NCBI GenBank assembly: GCA_028534125.1
Contig: CM052816.1
Location: 32,986,001 to 33,050,000 of the forward strand
From: Lama glama
Taxonomy: Eukaryota
Length of the DNA: 64,000 nucleotides
Direction of reading: 5' to 3'
Under the pieces are notes generated by a model. The model had not been told where the DNA came from, did no database searches, and saw only the letters and a program-made list of their open reading frames with translations. This document shows positions 26,426 to 39,587 of this stretch, piece after piece. The position numbers were made by a program, and so were the translations under genes. Positions within the stretch are counted from its first letter, which is position 1, and every line of letters begins with the position of its first letter.

Positions 26426-26879
26426 CAGAGCAAAAGGAGTTCTGGCAAACTGCTGGGGTCAGAAGCCAGACACTGTGGGCTAACAAGCAAACGGGAAACG
26501 AAGCAGAAATCACGGACTACTCATGAGAGTTGGCAGGGAAAGGGTGATGTTATGAGAGCAGCTTTTGGGAAAAGAAAATAATCTCCTTGGGAAACAAAAG
26601 ATCTCATGTTTAATTTGCTTAGACATCTTTTTTCTCCCTCAGATCCAAAGCGAACTACTGATGTAGTTTTCCATTTTCTCCACGCCATTATATAATCTCC
26701 CCAAGTCAGATGAACATTTTAAAAAGCCACTCATAACATACAGTTAAGTGAAAAAGCACATACTACAAAACAGTATGTGCTATATGATCCAATTTGCTTA
26801 AAATATTCATGAATAAAAATTTTTTAGAAGGCCATAAATACAGATTGTTTGGTGTTTATTACAAGGAGATGAGATTTAG

Positions 26880-28448
26880 GATGCATTAGGCAGGGTTCAG
26901 TTAGGAAAAAAACTACACTGAATGTTTCAAGTAGAAGTTAATCTAGGTAGTTCTGTGCTTACAAAACCACTGGGAAGACTGGAGAGGAGAAGGTGGGTGG
27001 AGGCCACCAGGAGCTGTCAGATTTGCCATCACAGCTGTGGTCCCCTCAAGGAGGAAGACATTGCTGCTGCCTTCACACCCGCCCACAGCTCCAGGGTCTG
27101 GCCAGTCAATGCAGGACCTCATGTTGACCGAAGCCTGTATGTCAGCTGCCCCCATCATGGCCTAAGGGACAATGGCTCCCACCTCCTTTCTGCCTCCCAG
27201 ACCCCAGTTGAATGCGTATCATTGGCAGAACCAAAACTGTGTCCCAGAGCCTAGCTGTTGAGGGAGTTTGGGGAGTAGTCCCCAGGCTCCAGCCTCTTTG
27301 ATTTGGGGGAGAGTAGAGAGAAGGGGTGGGGATGGGACCAGGTGCCAGACAACATCCATCATTATCTACTGTCTTTGGCCACCTGACAACCTCTTACACA
27401 CTTACATTTCCAAACTGCAGTAGGAATGACACCAGGCTTCTGTAACTATCCCTCATTCAAAAGCATATGTACTCACCTTCTCATCAAAATGGGAGACCCA
27501 AAGTCCTGTCAGTAATTACATCCACTGTTAGCTATATCCCTCCTCTTCTAGTTCATTGGCACATTCACCTAGGTGTCATGCAGCCTAACTACTAAATGAG
27601 AAGTTTCACCAATTCCAACTCACCTGATAAAGTAGGAGAAAATAAGAGAATAAAAAGGAAATTGCATACACACATAAACAAGCAAGAAAATATGCACACC
27701 CTGGCCATCCTTTTTGCAACTGGTCATGAGACTACAGTTACCATTTATAACTTCCGTCTTCCACTAGGAAACCCCTATTTCCTTGGTGTTTGGCCAGCAT
27801 CACACGTGGCTAGAGTTCTTTGCCTAGTGAAGTAATTAGACATCTTCATTCCTGAGGGGCTTCTGATCTGTGTTGTGATCCTCTAATCTACTAACTTCTA
27901 CTATCAGCAATTTCTAGGAGGTATTCTAGAGAATCTCATGAGTTCCAGACATAGTCCTCCCTGCCTCATGGTATAGTAAAAATCCAATCTCCTCTTGGTA
28001 GTCAGGATCAATCACTCCAGCCAGGATAGTAACTCACTTCATTGCTTGTTGATTCAGAAGCATGAGGTGTCCCAAGGGCCCGGTGGCAGACAATGGAATG
28101 ATGGCTATGTTCACTGGTGGAAACAAAGATCCCTCGAGAACTAAAACTTCTAAACTAGCGGAGCCCAAAATCACAAGGATGAGAAGCAACAACATTTTAG
28201 ATGTATGAATGAGAGGAGCCATTTCTACTTCCACTTCTTGGTCCCTGAACCCAAAAAAGCAGCACCATATGCTGTTGCTAGTTGGGAGCACTTACCACAT
28301 GCACAGAGAATTTAAAAATACTACAATCCAGATGGTGCACTATGGTAGACTAGGTCCACAATGGGATGGATTCAGGTCATGATGCCACTTGTCACCTGAT
28401 CTTCCATGCACTGAATTATGTGTTATTGTCCACTGTCACCTCCCCCCA

Positions 28449-28484
<36 letters not shown>

Positions 28485-30250
28485 CCAAAATGCATGTGCT
28501 GCATCCCTAACCTTCAATGTAATGGTATTTGGAGATGGGAACTTTGGGGGATAATCAGGTTTGAATGAGGTCATGAGGGTGGAGCCCTCATGATGGGATT
28601 AATGTCCTTATAAGAGGAGATACCAGAGAGCTTGCTTCACCTCTCCCTGCCATGTGAAGACACAGTGAGAAGGCAGCCTTGTGCAAGACATGAAGAGAGC
28701 CCTCACCGAGGAACTCAATTGGACGGCACTTTGATCCCAAGGTTCCCAGACTCCAGAACGATGGGAAATAAATTCCTATTGTTCAAGTTACCCAGGCTAT
28801 AGTATTTTGTTACAGCAGCCTCAGCTAATACACCCGCATAAATCCCCGTCCAGACTGGTAGACTGCGTGCATTTTGGATCCTAGGGGCTATTATTAGCTC
28901 AGAAACAATAATCAGCCTAGAGTGTGGATATCTCTTTCTCCCCACTGTGTAGTCTCCCTTGCGTAAGGGGCAGAAGGAAGACTGACCATACCTACTTGTG
29001 CCAAGGTTGTAAACATCTTCATCTAAAGGGCTCTGGTTCTGAGAACTGGGTCACATAAGGGAACTGGGTAAGAGGCCATGATTCTCTATTGCAATGGAAG
29101 TCAAGTCTCTGTTCACCAGACCATAGTTTTTTTTTTTTTTATAAAGATAATGTAAAACTTTAGTTTTAGGCTGTCCACTTCTACTGATCCTAGAGACCCC
29201 GTGATCAGTCAGCCAGGGTCGAAAGTCTCTACACGTCAAATCTTCTTGATTACTACTGTAGCCCTGTTGGCCAATGTAGCAAACGAAACCCACAGTGACT
29301 CCAGTAGTTAAGTGGCATCAAAGACCCCATTTTAATCACATCATGTCCCACCCAACACTCCTGACTCTCCTGGCCTCTGGATATGATAATTATATTATAT
29401 ACATTATACTAGGGAAGTTCTGACCTTCCAACACTATTGAATGTAATCCACCACTGATTCTAGTTTTCATTTAATCAAACTGCTGGAGCTAATACACCAA
29501 ACCCAGAATCTCTGATAGGAACAGTCGTATCGATAAATTCAGCATCAACCCAACACTATATTCTCCTCTCCCTCGTCCAGAAACTTAGGTCCTAATCCTA
29601 CACATATTCCTCGCCAAGTTTCTGTGAATATAAATGAATAAAATCTTACAAGTCTTTTCCTATTTTAGCTGTATCTCCCCAGGTTGGATTTTCTACCTAT
29701 CCTCCTGAGACATGATGAGATTTGGCTACTTTTCGGCTTCAAGATAAAGATAAAGATGAATGGAGTAGCAGTGGGGCATGAATGCATCTGGTACCCTCTA
29801 CCTGGAATCAGATTGCTACTGACTCTCCAAGCAAGGTAGGACCGACCTTATCAGACAGGGAGGGGGGCTACTTCTGCGGGAGGGCAGGCTCAGTGGAGTT
29901 TGTAGGGTCTAGGTGTTCTGATTCATTTCAGTCTACCCAATGTCACCATTTCATCTTTTTCTATCAATGCTTAACCTTTAAGCTAAGAGATCTGATGTGG
30001 CTGTGAATTCAGCTTACACTGGGATTCTGCAACCTGTAGCGTCTGACACTTGGCTACATTAGCCCTGTGGCTGTAAGAGATGGGAGTCTTTTAGGGCAGT
30101 CACAGAAGGTTCCTGATTCACCCATCAAGACCTGAGATAAAAACTTTAAACGATGAGATTGGCGTTTTTTCCCTTATGCAATTCAATATGGCTTAAACAC
30201 AGATATGTCATAACTTACATAGTCTAGTTGCTTATTAATGATTTTTCAAC
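26880..30250 (-). mobile_element. Degenerate, internally deleted ERV-L-class provirus (gag relic about 29340-30100, dUTPase relic about 27950-28260, putative LTR about 26880-27380)
   Basis: Minus-strand translations give ERV-L-like peptides QVAESQCKLNSQPHQIS and DAEFIDT..RDSG (gag), and LEVLVLEG...VTILAGVIDPDYQEEIG (dUTPase motif 3). Outer boundaries uncertain. Confidence 0.75.
28420..28832. mobile_element. MLT1-like LTR inserted into the ERV-L relic; contains (CA)n at about 28449-28481
   Basis: 'tgaggtcatgagggtggagccctcatgatgggattaatgtccttataagagg...ttgttacagcagcctcagctaataca'. Confidence 0.85.
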
Positions 30251-32110
30251 TTTTCCAATAAATTCCTAACTCAGGCCCAGATTGAAGTGACAAGAAAGTC
30301 TGTAAGGCCCCAGAATTGCACCAGACTAGCATGACAGTCCTCTACCCCCCGGACATGCTAGGGCTGTTAGAGTTCATCCAAAGCACTTGGCTCCTACTGC
30401 ACTGGGTCTTCCATAGCATCTCAGGACCTGAGCGCAAACCGACTTCCTGGAGTGGTGGGGGCTGGGGAGATGCTTTAGCCACTCAAGCTCAGAGGACAAG
30501 AAGAGCCCGTCTTACTGGCCCACAGGCCTGCGTGTCTTCCAGCCTTGCAGGGAGTCCCCTCAAGGAGGGGAGAGCTCATTTCCATAATGAAAACTGGCAG
30601 AATTTAATGTGACATCTGTCCAGATGCAATCTTCCTTTAAATAAAAGGCACCAATATGTGTTTATGCTCAGGAAGCTCACTGTATTTTAACATGAAGGAG
30701 TTTGGCCATTACATTCAATTTAAACATCCTGAAATTCAGTTTTCCAGGTGATGTGTTATGCATTTTTTTCACAGCTCACTGAGCCCATTTGCCTTACCTT
30801 CTCAAGTGTTTAAAAGGGCAACATGTCTTAATGGAAATGACAAATTTGCCAATGTATGCCGTCAGCCCCCTCTGAGCCTGCTTATAATCATTTCTTTGGG
30901 CTGAAAATTCTTCTCTGCTCATGCATTTCTAACCTACAATCATTCTGAAGACCAGGATACAATTTAAAAGCCTTGAGGTTCTCAACTGGAAAATACAATT
31001 TATCGTGTGGCTCCAGTTCAGGGCAGATTTTCCCCACAACTCTGCCCTGAAACAGAGGCCCATCGGTACCCTCATCAAGTAGCCCCAGCATCACTGCGGC
31101 TCTCAGAGCTGGAACAAAATGCATGCAAAGTTTCTTCTAACCCAGGACTTCCAGAGGGAGAGTTTAAAGAAGCTGCCTCTAAGACTGTTTTAATTGTGCC
31201 TTGTACAAACATTCAGAGAACAAAGTACTCTTTCGCCATAAAAGTAGATGCCCGCCATTTGCTTTCCCCAGGGCTATTCCCTGAGCACAGGCAGAAAGAT
31301 AAAAGTTCTCATCCTTGGCTTAGTAAGTCCCTGAAAGCAAAACCCTCTTCTGAACAGCAAGGCAGACACACCAACTGAGTGCTGTGTGCGGAAGACTCAG
31401 GGGCCAACTGGTTGATAAGCACGGAAGGCAGAATCCCCACCAATCACTTTTAGGGGAAGAAAATTAAATAGAGGCAGAGATACGGTGGGTTCTAGCTTCA
31501 CCCCTACTCTCTGCTAAGTCTAACTTCAAAGCAGCCACTTAACATTTTTCAGCCCCAGCTTTTTCTCCAGTCAAACGATAGATCAAATCTCGTTCCTCCC
31601 TTAGGAGTTTGTAAGAGGCTATGTCAATGTTGTAAGTCAACTTGGGGCGAGCTCAAAATATTATTAGATTATCTAGAAGCGTACGGAATGTTGGGTTAAA
31701 AGCCACATTCATAAATCTCTCAAGATCCCCAAGGGAGGCAGAGTTTTCGTACAACCAGAGCAGAGATGCTGAATAAAAGGGGTGGTGGGGATGCGGATTT
31801 CTAAGACAGAGGGAGGGGGGCTCTATATAGAACTTGTAAATAAAACATCTCACTCAACTCCCCCTGATCAATCAGTGAGGGATTACAACTCCCACCCTGT
31901 CTACCTTTGTGGGTTATCCTGAGGATCAAGGTCAGAACAGAATAATGGAGGGGAAAGCACATGGGTAACAAAGAGAAAATATTTATCAACTGTAAAAACC
32001 TTAGTTACAAATAAAACATTGTTCCAATTCACAGGGGCAACTTCAAGCCCAAGACCCAGGTGACTGCCCAGAGGGGCAGAGAGAGCCTGGACTCGGAGAC
32101 GAGTGACTAC

Positions 32111-32253
32111 CTGATGGTGGTGCCCTGCAGTCGGTCTATCTTCTTGTTGAGCTCCGCAATGATGCTGTGGAGTTCTGTGATGCGTTCCTCGTACCGAAGT
32201 GTCGTTCGCTCCTGGACGTCCTCATGTTCTCTCATGAGGTGGGACTGCTCACA
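32111..32253 (-). CDS. MCC: MCC internal coding exon (143 nt, phase 0/2): CEQSHLMREHEDVQERTTLRYEERITELHSIIAELNKKIDRLQGTTI(R)
   Basis: Translated by hand. Acceptor CTCTTGACCCCAG, donor AG|GTAGTC. Frame continues from the previous exon into the next. Confidence 0.96.
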
Positions 32254-35200
32254 CTGGGGTCAAGAGGACAAGACAGGAGTGGCAGTGAGTGGACGCACTT
32301 ACAGGTGAGTGATTCTAGTTCTACGGCCTCAAATACACAACCACATGTTGAGTACACCCCCAATAAACACATACCTGCTCATTATTATGTAAATGAGATT
32401 AAATGCACGGTGACTGGTGGGGGGTTGAGGAGTGAGAGACACATACCTGCTCATGGGCCACGCTTCCCGGAAGACACATCAACAGCTGAACTTTACAAAG
32501 CCCCTGGTGGAAGTCGAGTCTTCACCTTCCTAGCTCTCATTTGCTCTTTGGGGGAAGGTCCCTCTGCCACTGCATGTGGTCTTTGTGGCTCTATCCAAGT
32601 GTCCTGCTTTTCCCTAGCGAAAAAGTGGGCAAGTGGCCCAAGCTGGACACGTCAGATACCTTCCTTTTGGAATCTGAGTCTTGACTGAATGAACCTAAGC
32701 TTGCATGGTGTCAATTCTCATGACTGAGGGTCCTGATGAGATTGTCACTTAGTTCCTTCCCACCACCTCCATCCCCAGAGCTTCCTTCCCAGGATCCTTT
32801 ATGGTTGCTCAGTTTTCCTTTTTTCAATTCAATCCTTTTTTTGCTGAAGTTTGCTGGGGTATGTTTCACCCACTTTGCAACCTAATAATCCTAAATTGTA
32901 TGACACCATTTCCTACCTGTCTGGTTATCTGCAGACATAATGCTTTCCAATATCCTTTCCCATCAGATTGTAAACTCCGGGAAGGCAGGGCCTGGGTGTT
33001 CTCATGACTTAGCCCCAGCCCCTGGCACATGGCCTGGTTCACTGTGGGTGATCTGGAGGTACGATGGGATGAATAAACTGCAATGTATCACACTGTCAAG
33101 GAGGTGGCTTTGCAGAGACAATGACAAAAGAAGGCGAGGAGCTTCCCTTGCTTAGCATTTGATGCACTAGGAAACAGCAGATGCTATAAAAACATCTTTG
33201 GAGCTCGAGTTTAAATTCTAGGGAACCTGTTCATCTCTTTTCTCTCCCTCCTCAACCCCCCACCAGTCACCGGGCATTTCATCTCATTTACATAATAATA
33301 AAACACCAGTCAGAGATAGAACAAGGAGTCTAGCTTGTCCCTGTCTACTGTGTTCAGCCCTGATTAATTTCCTGTCCAGCAGAGGAATTTTAATTTCATT
33401 TTCAGCAAGGTTTTCCTAATGCCAAGAGCCATATGTACTGGCCAGCTTTGCACTTTCAGGGCTGGTGGCAGGTGGGCCAGGGTAAGGCTTCTCACCCACC
33501 ACCTCCAACGTCCTCCCCCCTCCCTAAATCTGCCAGGCTTCCAACTGTGTAACCCAGAAGCTGTTGGGCAGGGACAAAAAGCCTTCAAAAACAAACAGAA
33601 AGCTACAGTCAGCTCAACTCAATACTGAAACAGAAGTACTCAGCAAAGTCTGATGAATGTGTTGGTATAAATCATGGCAGGGACCACACCTATGAACAAG
33701 AACTTGATAAATATGAATGCAGAAACTTCCTCAGTGCTGCTCAGAGCTCCAGAAATAAGACTGGAGGCACTAAGGCCGAGGAATCTGTATTATGGTCCTT
33801 GGTGAGATGGTTACTTTCAGACAAACAATGATGTGAACTTCTGTTCTTAGTGACAACCTGAAACATCAAATAACCTCCACTCCAGGTCCAACACACAGGC
33901 AATAAGTGGAACCAGAGGCAAGGATGAAGGATGAGGAAAGGCACATCTACACAGAAGTTTTCCTGAACAGAACAAAACCTTAACAGGACACAAATACTCT
34001 TTCTGTGAAGTAATGCCTTTTCAGCCACAAAGTGACAGTGTCTCATACACAGTATCTGCCAGGTAAGTGGAAGAGCTTCATATTTCCTTGGAATATACCA
34101 ACAGCAGAATACTGTTCCTCTCCATCCCTGCAGAAGATCTATGAGCTTTGGTTACTGGTCTTTATTCCTATCTTCAAACTGTGTATGTGAGTGTGTGTGC
34201 GCATGTCCACACACGTACCCGTGTGTGTGCTGTATGCTGTATGTATACGTGCGTGTGTGGCCGACACTCTCGTGAAGGTCACCAGTTCCGGACCTCACAA
34301 TGACCACGAGATAATGCCCGGTCTGACCTGGACCTTGTCAATGTCACGATTACTTGGCCATCTTGCTAGTTCTTGCTTTAGGTTTTCCCCCTACATTTGG
34401 TTCTCTAGGGCAATCAACTACTGTGAAACGCTTCTCCTTACCAACTCCACGAACTCTCACTCTCCCTTCAATTCTCCACTTACTCCTCCTCCTTCAGTGT
34501 TTACAGGCCAACAGGCCACCACCACCACCAAGGCTGAAAGAAACTGCAAAATCCACTTAAAAATTAAGACGCGCCATGTTTACGCAAGGAAAAGGCATAG
34601 GATCAACTGCTAACCACGAGACAGCTCTGGGTCTCGCTGCTGACTGTGAGGAGCTGTCTAGGAGGTGAGCTCCTTTCCAGGAGGTGAGCTCCTGGGACTG
34701 GCTGGTGCCCGGATAAGAAGAGCACCACAGTGGGTGTGGTACCGCCCTCACCCCTGCCTCCAACAGCAAAGTCTGCCCGGAGACTATGCGTAGGAACGAG
34801 ACACAACAGGAAGCCTGATGATTCAGTCAGACAGAACAGCGCGTGTAGCTGAAAGGAGAAACAAGATTCGTAATGTCTGTTTGGAACTTGGGGGTTCATC
34901 TGGGAGTAGCAACAAGAACATCTTGGAGGAAAGAATCTCTCAAAGGCAAAGCGATCTGGGTTACATTCCTAGATTTTTCCCTACGTATGTTTTTTTTTTC
35001 CCCAAATGGTAGAAATGCCTCTATAATTTAATACTTTCTCTAAAAATAAGAGATGTGTCTTGATTTCCCAAACCATCTAAGAGACTGTGCGAGGTGCCAT
35101 AGGAAGGGTCCCCATGACATGACGCCCACCTTAAAGGGCCATGTGGCGGCAGCTTCCAAGTGACATCTCTGCTGGTGAATAAGAAACATGGACAAAAATG

Positions 35201-36249
35201 GGGGTGGGGAGAAGAAGTGTTGGTAGAACGGTATCCCGGTGAAAAGAGAATACAGGAAAATAATCAAAACTCCTAGCCTCCAGAGGAATGAATGACTGAG
35301 AAGACATAACCCAAGGGTCATCTGCGAAAAGCAACATCCCCTTGAGGTACCTCACTAAACAGGCTTCACCCATTCTGCACACGCTCGCTGCCCCTTGCCA
35401 AAGACATGTGGAAGCACTGCTCTCCAAGCTCGGTGAAAACCCCTTGAGCTTTTCCAAGCTGTGATGCAGGGAAAAGTGTAGCAACTCCCATAGGGCAGCA
35501 ATGCAGGAGGAAGCAAGTCATTACCTGCAGGAGCCCAGAGAACTCAACAAAACACCCTTGTGAAACAGCTCCCTTAACTTACCCGAGACCACACCCAGGA
35601 ACCTGGCACTTTAGTGCAGGAGAAGTGGAAGATGACCGGGTGGCATCCAGGGCAGGCAGAGCCATTCTGTGCACGATCAGTGCCTTCCTGCCCTGCCGAC
35701 CTCCCACACAAGCAGGACTGGCCTGTGAAAGGGAGACCCAACTCTATCATCTCGCTGCAGTATCGCTACTGACCTGTGCCTCTCACCACCCGAGTCTCCG
35801 AGGGCATTTTTTAACCCAGGAGGCTGTGTGATTTCAGGCATTCTGTTTCACAAGGACACAGGCTGGGCCAAGCTGTATACTGACGTCCATGGAAGAGTCA
35901 CCTCTGGGCAGGTATCTCAGTAAAGCCTCACCGAAGAAGGGACTATAATAACGACGACTCAACAGGAAAAGAAGAGTATTTCTCCTATGACTACTTAATG
36001 CTTGCACAAATTGTTCAATTCTAAGTAACCAGTTTAGGTACATTATAGATGTTTTTAAAGAATGATAAAACGACATCCATTTTCTTACAATCCATGAACA
36101 CAATCTGTTTTCAAACGGTGTTCATTTTTCTCCAGTATTTTCTTACATAAGTGGGACACTGCCAGGACCACAGTGTGGGGTGCATATTACAGAAGCCCCA
36201 GCACCCCCGCGGCAGCCAGCAGGGGTGTTCACCAAGACTCTGGTGCACC

Positions 36250-36595
36250 TCCATCCATGGACATGGTGGGACTATATTTCTCCTCCGCCTTGAAGCTAGA
36301 TAAGGCCATGTGACTTGTTTTGTCCAATTAGATATGAATGAATATACACCATTTCTGCCTGGAAGCCTTTAAGAGCTCCTGTGGGGTTTCCCACATCCCC
36401 TTCCCCTGGCCGTGGCTGTTGGCAACATTCTACATGGGAGAGGCTATTGGCTTGGGAGGCTGGGTGAGGACAGAACAACAGAATTACATGCCAGCCCCAG
36501 GGAGCTTCTAGCAAGAAGCAAAAAAATAAACTTTTGATACTTTAAGCCATTGAAAATGTGGGGTTATTTGTTATCCTGCACATCCTAACGATACA
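36250..36595. mobile_element. Old MLT1-like LTR
   Basis: 'ttgaagctagataaggccatgtgacttgttttgtccaat...aataaacttttgatactttaagccattga'. Confidence 0.65.
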
Positions 36596-38415
36596 GCTGT
36601 TTTATCGATGAAGACAGAGTAAGTGTACAGTAACAGATTTATCTGTTATAATCCAGATAACAAACAGAACGCTCTGGTAACCTTCTGGTTCCTGTTCATG
36701 CCATCAAGGGGCCGAGGCGCTCCCTTCTACTCTCTCCCAGCCCTGTCCTGTGGGCTTACCTCCTTCTTACTGTTTACCTAAATACCTCAAGTGGCAGCAG
36801 AGTGATCCCTACCCTGAATCACCTCTGGTGAACCCCGGGAAACGTGAACATTATGCCGTACAACACCAGAGGAGAGCCAGGACACCGTAATAGCTCTCTC
36901 CTTAACCCCCTGGGAGCACCAAAATAGAAACGTAGACACAAGGGGATACAAAGCAGAGAATTCTAAGTCCCTCCAGCTCCCACCAACCCAGCTGTAGCTG
37001 TCGACGTCAAGCATTCAGCAACAAACTTCTAAACAGAACGCAATGGCGGCTTCTTCCAGCAAAACTCACAAATGAGGTAATCTTTTCTACTCCTTACTGT
37101 GGCAAACTATCTCATACAACTTCAGCTGAACAAAATAAGAAATGGTCTCAAACAACACGCTACTGCTTTTTTCCCCTATTATTACAGAGAATTGTATCCA
37201 GGGTTCTCCAATCCACATCCCATCTTTGATTGATCCAACAGTACAGCGAAGCCAGAAAGCCTAAGGCTGCAGAACCTTGCCGGCCACGACTTTCTGGAGG
37301 TCAGCATCATTAGGAGCTTAGATTCTCCTGCAGCTACAGACCTGCAGTTTGAAAGGCAAAGGAAAAAAGACTGGGCTGAAATAGGATGGAATTTGTCCTT
37401 TTCCTGAATTTCATCTGGCACTGAATACATACCCTGAGCTTTTTCTCTAGGTTTCAGCTCTCCTACCATGATGATGATGAAGCAAATTTAAAAATCGATA
37501 TAAATACTTGTGTCTACCCACATAAATCGGTGAAACTGCCTATATGCAAAAATGTTAAATAAAAGCAAGCAATATCATCACTACAACCACCAAGAATAAA
37601 ACCCTTTAGGCTCATCAGTGCAGTTGGTGCAATCCAGGGATAAAGCTGTGAGTCATCCTGGACACAGACGGGCCAGAGAACTTGAGCCGTTGTTGGAAAA
37701 ACCCTGTGCGACGTGGTGATGCAAAGGAGCTTTATGGTTTTGTTAATGTTCTTCACTGGGTTTTATCTTACTCCACAGAGGCCACTGAGCCTTAATCATC
37801 ACATTAGTCTCAGCTGTCAAACCTAAGAGTATTATAAACGCCATTCTGGAAAAATGCAATGCCATCAATAATTTGTTAACCCTCTCAGCCATCCTGGGAA
37901 GGGGGTCAGTACCACTCTCTCTTAAAATATGCTAAGAAGTAATGCTGCTTTCTCAGGGTCTCACTGGATTGATTGCAAGTAATACTACTCAGGCTATTTC
38001 TAACCTCATTCTAAGTCCTTGCCCAGGTTCTCCCAAGAGGTGGACTGGGGAATTGAGCCAGCTAAACAAAGAGGCTCAGCACAAATGGACATGCCATTGA
38101 CAAAAGCAAACAGCTAGAGCAGTGTACCGAAGAATCTAAACAAATGGGAAAGCAATGGCGCTGGGGGAGGTCCGGGCAATGAGAAGGCATCCACACTACA
38201 TCATTCAGTATCTCATACAAAAGAAGGATGAAAGAAAACACTCCCTCCATTACATTTCATAAAACTATGTATGTTTCCAAGGGGTAGAAAATTCAGAACA
38301 CTTGCTTTCTAAAGAGAAAGAGCTCAGAAACAGAAGGTCTATTGTATTACTCACTGCTGACCTACTTCACAAGGGCTTAGAAGCTTATTTTGATATATCT
38401 CCTTCTGTAGTACTT

Positions 38416-38540
38416 AAAAAAAATTTTTTTGTGGGGAGGGTAATTAGGTTTATTTATTTATTTATTTTTAATGCTGATACTGGGGGCTGAACACATACAT
38501 ACTAAGCATGTACTCTACCACGGAGTTATACCCTCTCGCT
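38416..38540 (-). mobile_element. tRNA-derived camelid-type SINE (vic-1-like), degenerate
   Basis: 'ggggagggtaattaggtttatttattt...actaagcatgtactctaccacggagttataccctc', homologous to the 60341 copy. Imperfect TSD ccttct(g)tag(t)tactt at 38401 and 38541. Confidence 0.75.
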
Positions 38541-38829
38541 CCTTCTAGTTACTTTTTAAGAATACAATTATTAAAATAATTGTTGGTACTAAATAAGAAG
38601 AAAATACACTGAAAGCATTAAATCAGCACTATAGATGATCTTTGCCATTTCCCACCAGGTGGTTCCCCAAGAGGCTGTCCTGTGTGGGTGCAAAGGCATG
38701 CACATGTCTGAACACTTGTCTGACTTGGGAGGGTAGAGATATTTAAATCAAATTAACTTGTGCCCTATTCCCCACCCTCTTTGAGATCCCCTCTGGGCAG
38801 CCTGGGCAGCTTAAAAAAACAATTCAGGA

Positions 38830-39070
38830 TTAGTACAGCTATAGATTCCCACAAAACCTAGATTCAGACCCTGACTCTTGGTGTTTTCTAGCTACATAAT
38901 CTCAGGCAAGATATTCAAATTCCCTAAACCTCAATTTCTTCATTTGTAGGATGGGACTGTTGATAGTAACTACATCAGAGGCCACTGTGAGAACTCAGTG
39001 AGATAAAGCATGTGGAATGCTTGCCCCACTGCCTGGCACAAAATAGAGCTAAAGAGGTGTGGTGATTATC
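38830..39070. mobile_element. MIR SINE relic
   Basis: 'caggcaagatattcaaattccctaaacctcaatttcttcatttgtaggatggg...gcctggcaca'. Confidence 0.75.
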
Positions 39071-39119
39071 ACTACTGGTACAAGCTAACAGTGGCGCCGT
39101 TAATCAACCCCCCCTGGAA

Positions 39120-39587
39120 GCTGTGATGGACAGGCTCTAAGGCGCCCACATGATCCCTGCATCTCCTTTGTGTGATACCATCTCACTGAGTCTGGGTGGG
39201 ACATGTGACTGCCTTCAACTAATACAATGTGGCAAAGGTGATGGGATGTCACTCCCATCACTGCATTACATTATATAAGACTCTGTCTTGCCAGCAGATT
39301 CATTCTAGAATCTTTCCATTGCTGGCTTTCAGGAAGCAAGCTGCCACGAATCCTACAACCACAAAGAAATTCCACAAACAATATGAGTGAGCTTGGAGGT
39401 GAACTCTTTCCCAGTTAAGCGTTCAGATGAACACTCAGCTCTGCCAACACCTTGACAGCAAACTTGCAGAGGACCCAGTTAAGCTATGCCTGTGCTCCTG
39501 ATGCATAGAAACTGTGAGATAATAAATGTGTTGTTTTAACTAGTAAGTTCAGGGCAATTTGTTACACAGCAATAGGAAACTAATACA
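39120..39587. mobile_element. MLT1-like solo LTR
   Basis: Begins TGTG and ends 'gttacacagcaataggaaactaataca'; internal 'ggcaaaggtgatgggatgtcactccc'. Confidence 0.8.

Noticed and set aside
32367..32454. Repeat-spacer-repeat as a CRISPR-like array
   Set aside because: Only two 16-bp copies, in a mammalian context with no cas genes.
32167..32688. 173-aa plus-strand ORF
   Set aside because: Non-ATG start, partly antisense to an MCC exon, no recognisable homology.
36214..36230. CTCF-like motif CCAGCAGGGGTGTT
   Set aside because: Mismatches the conserved GGC of the core; cannot be supported without a matrix score or ChIP data.
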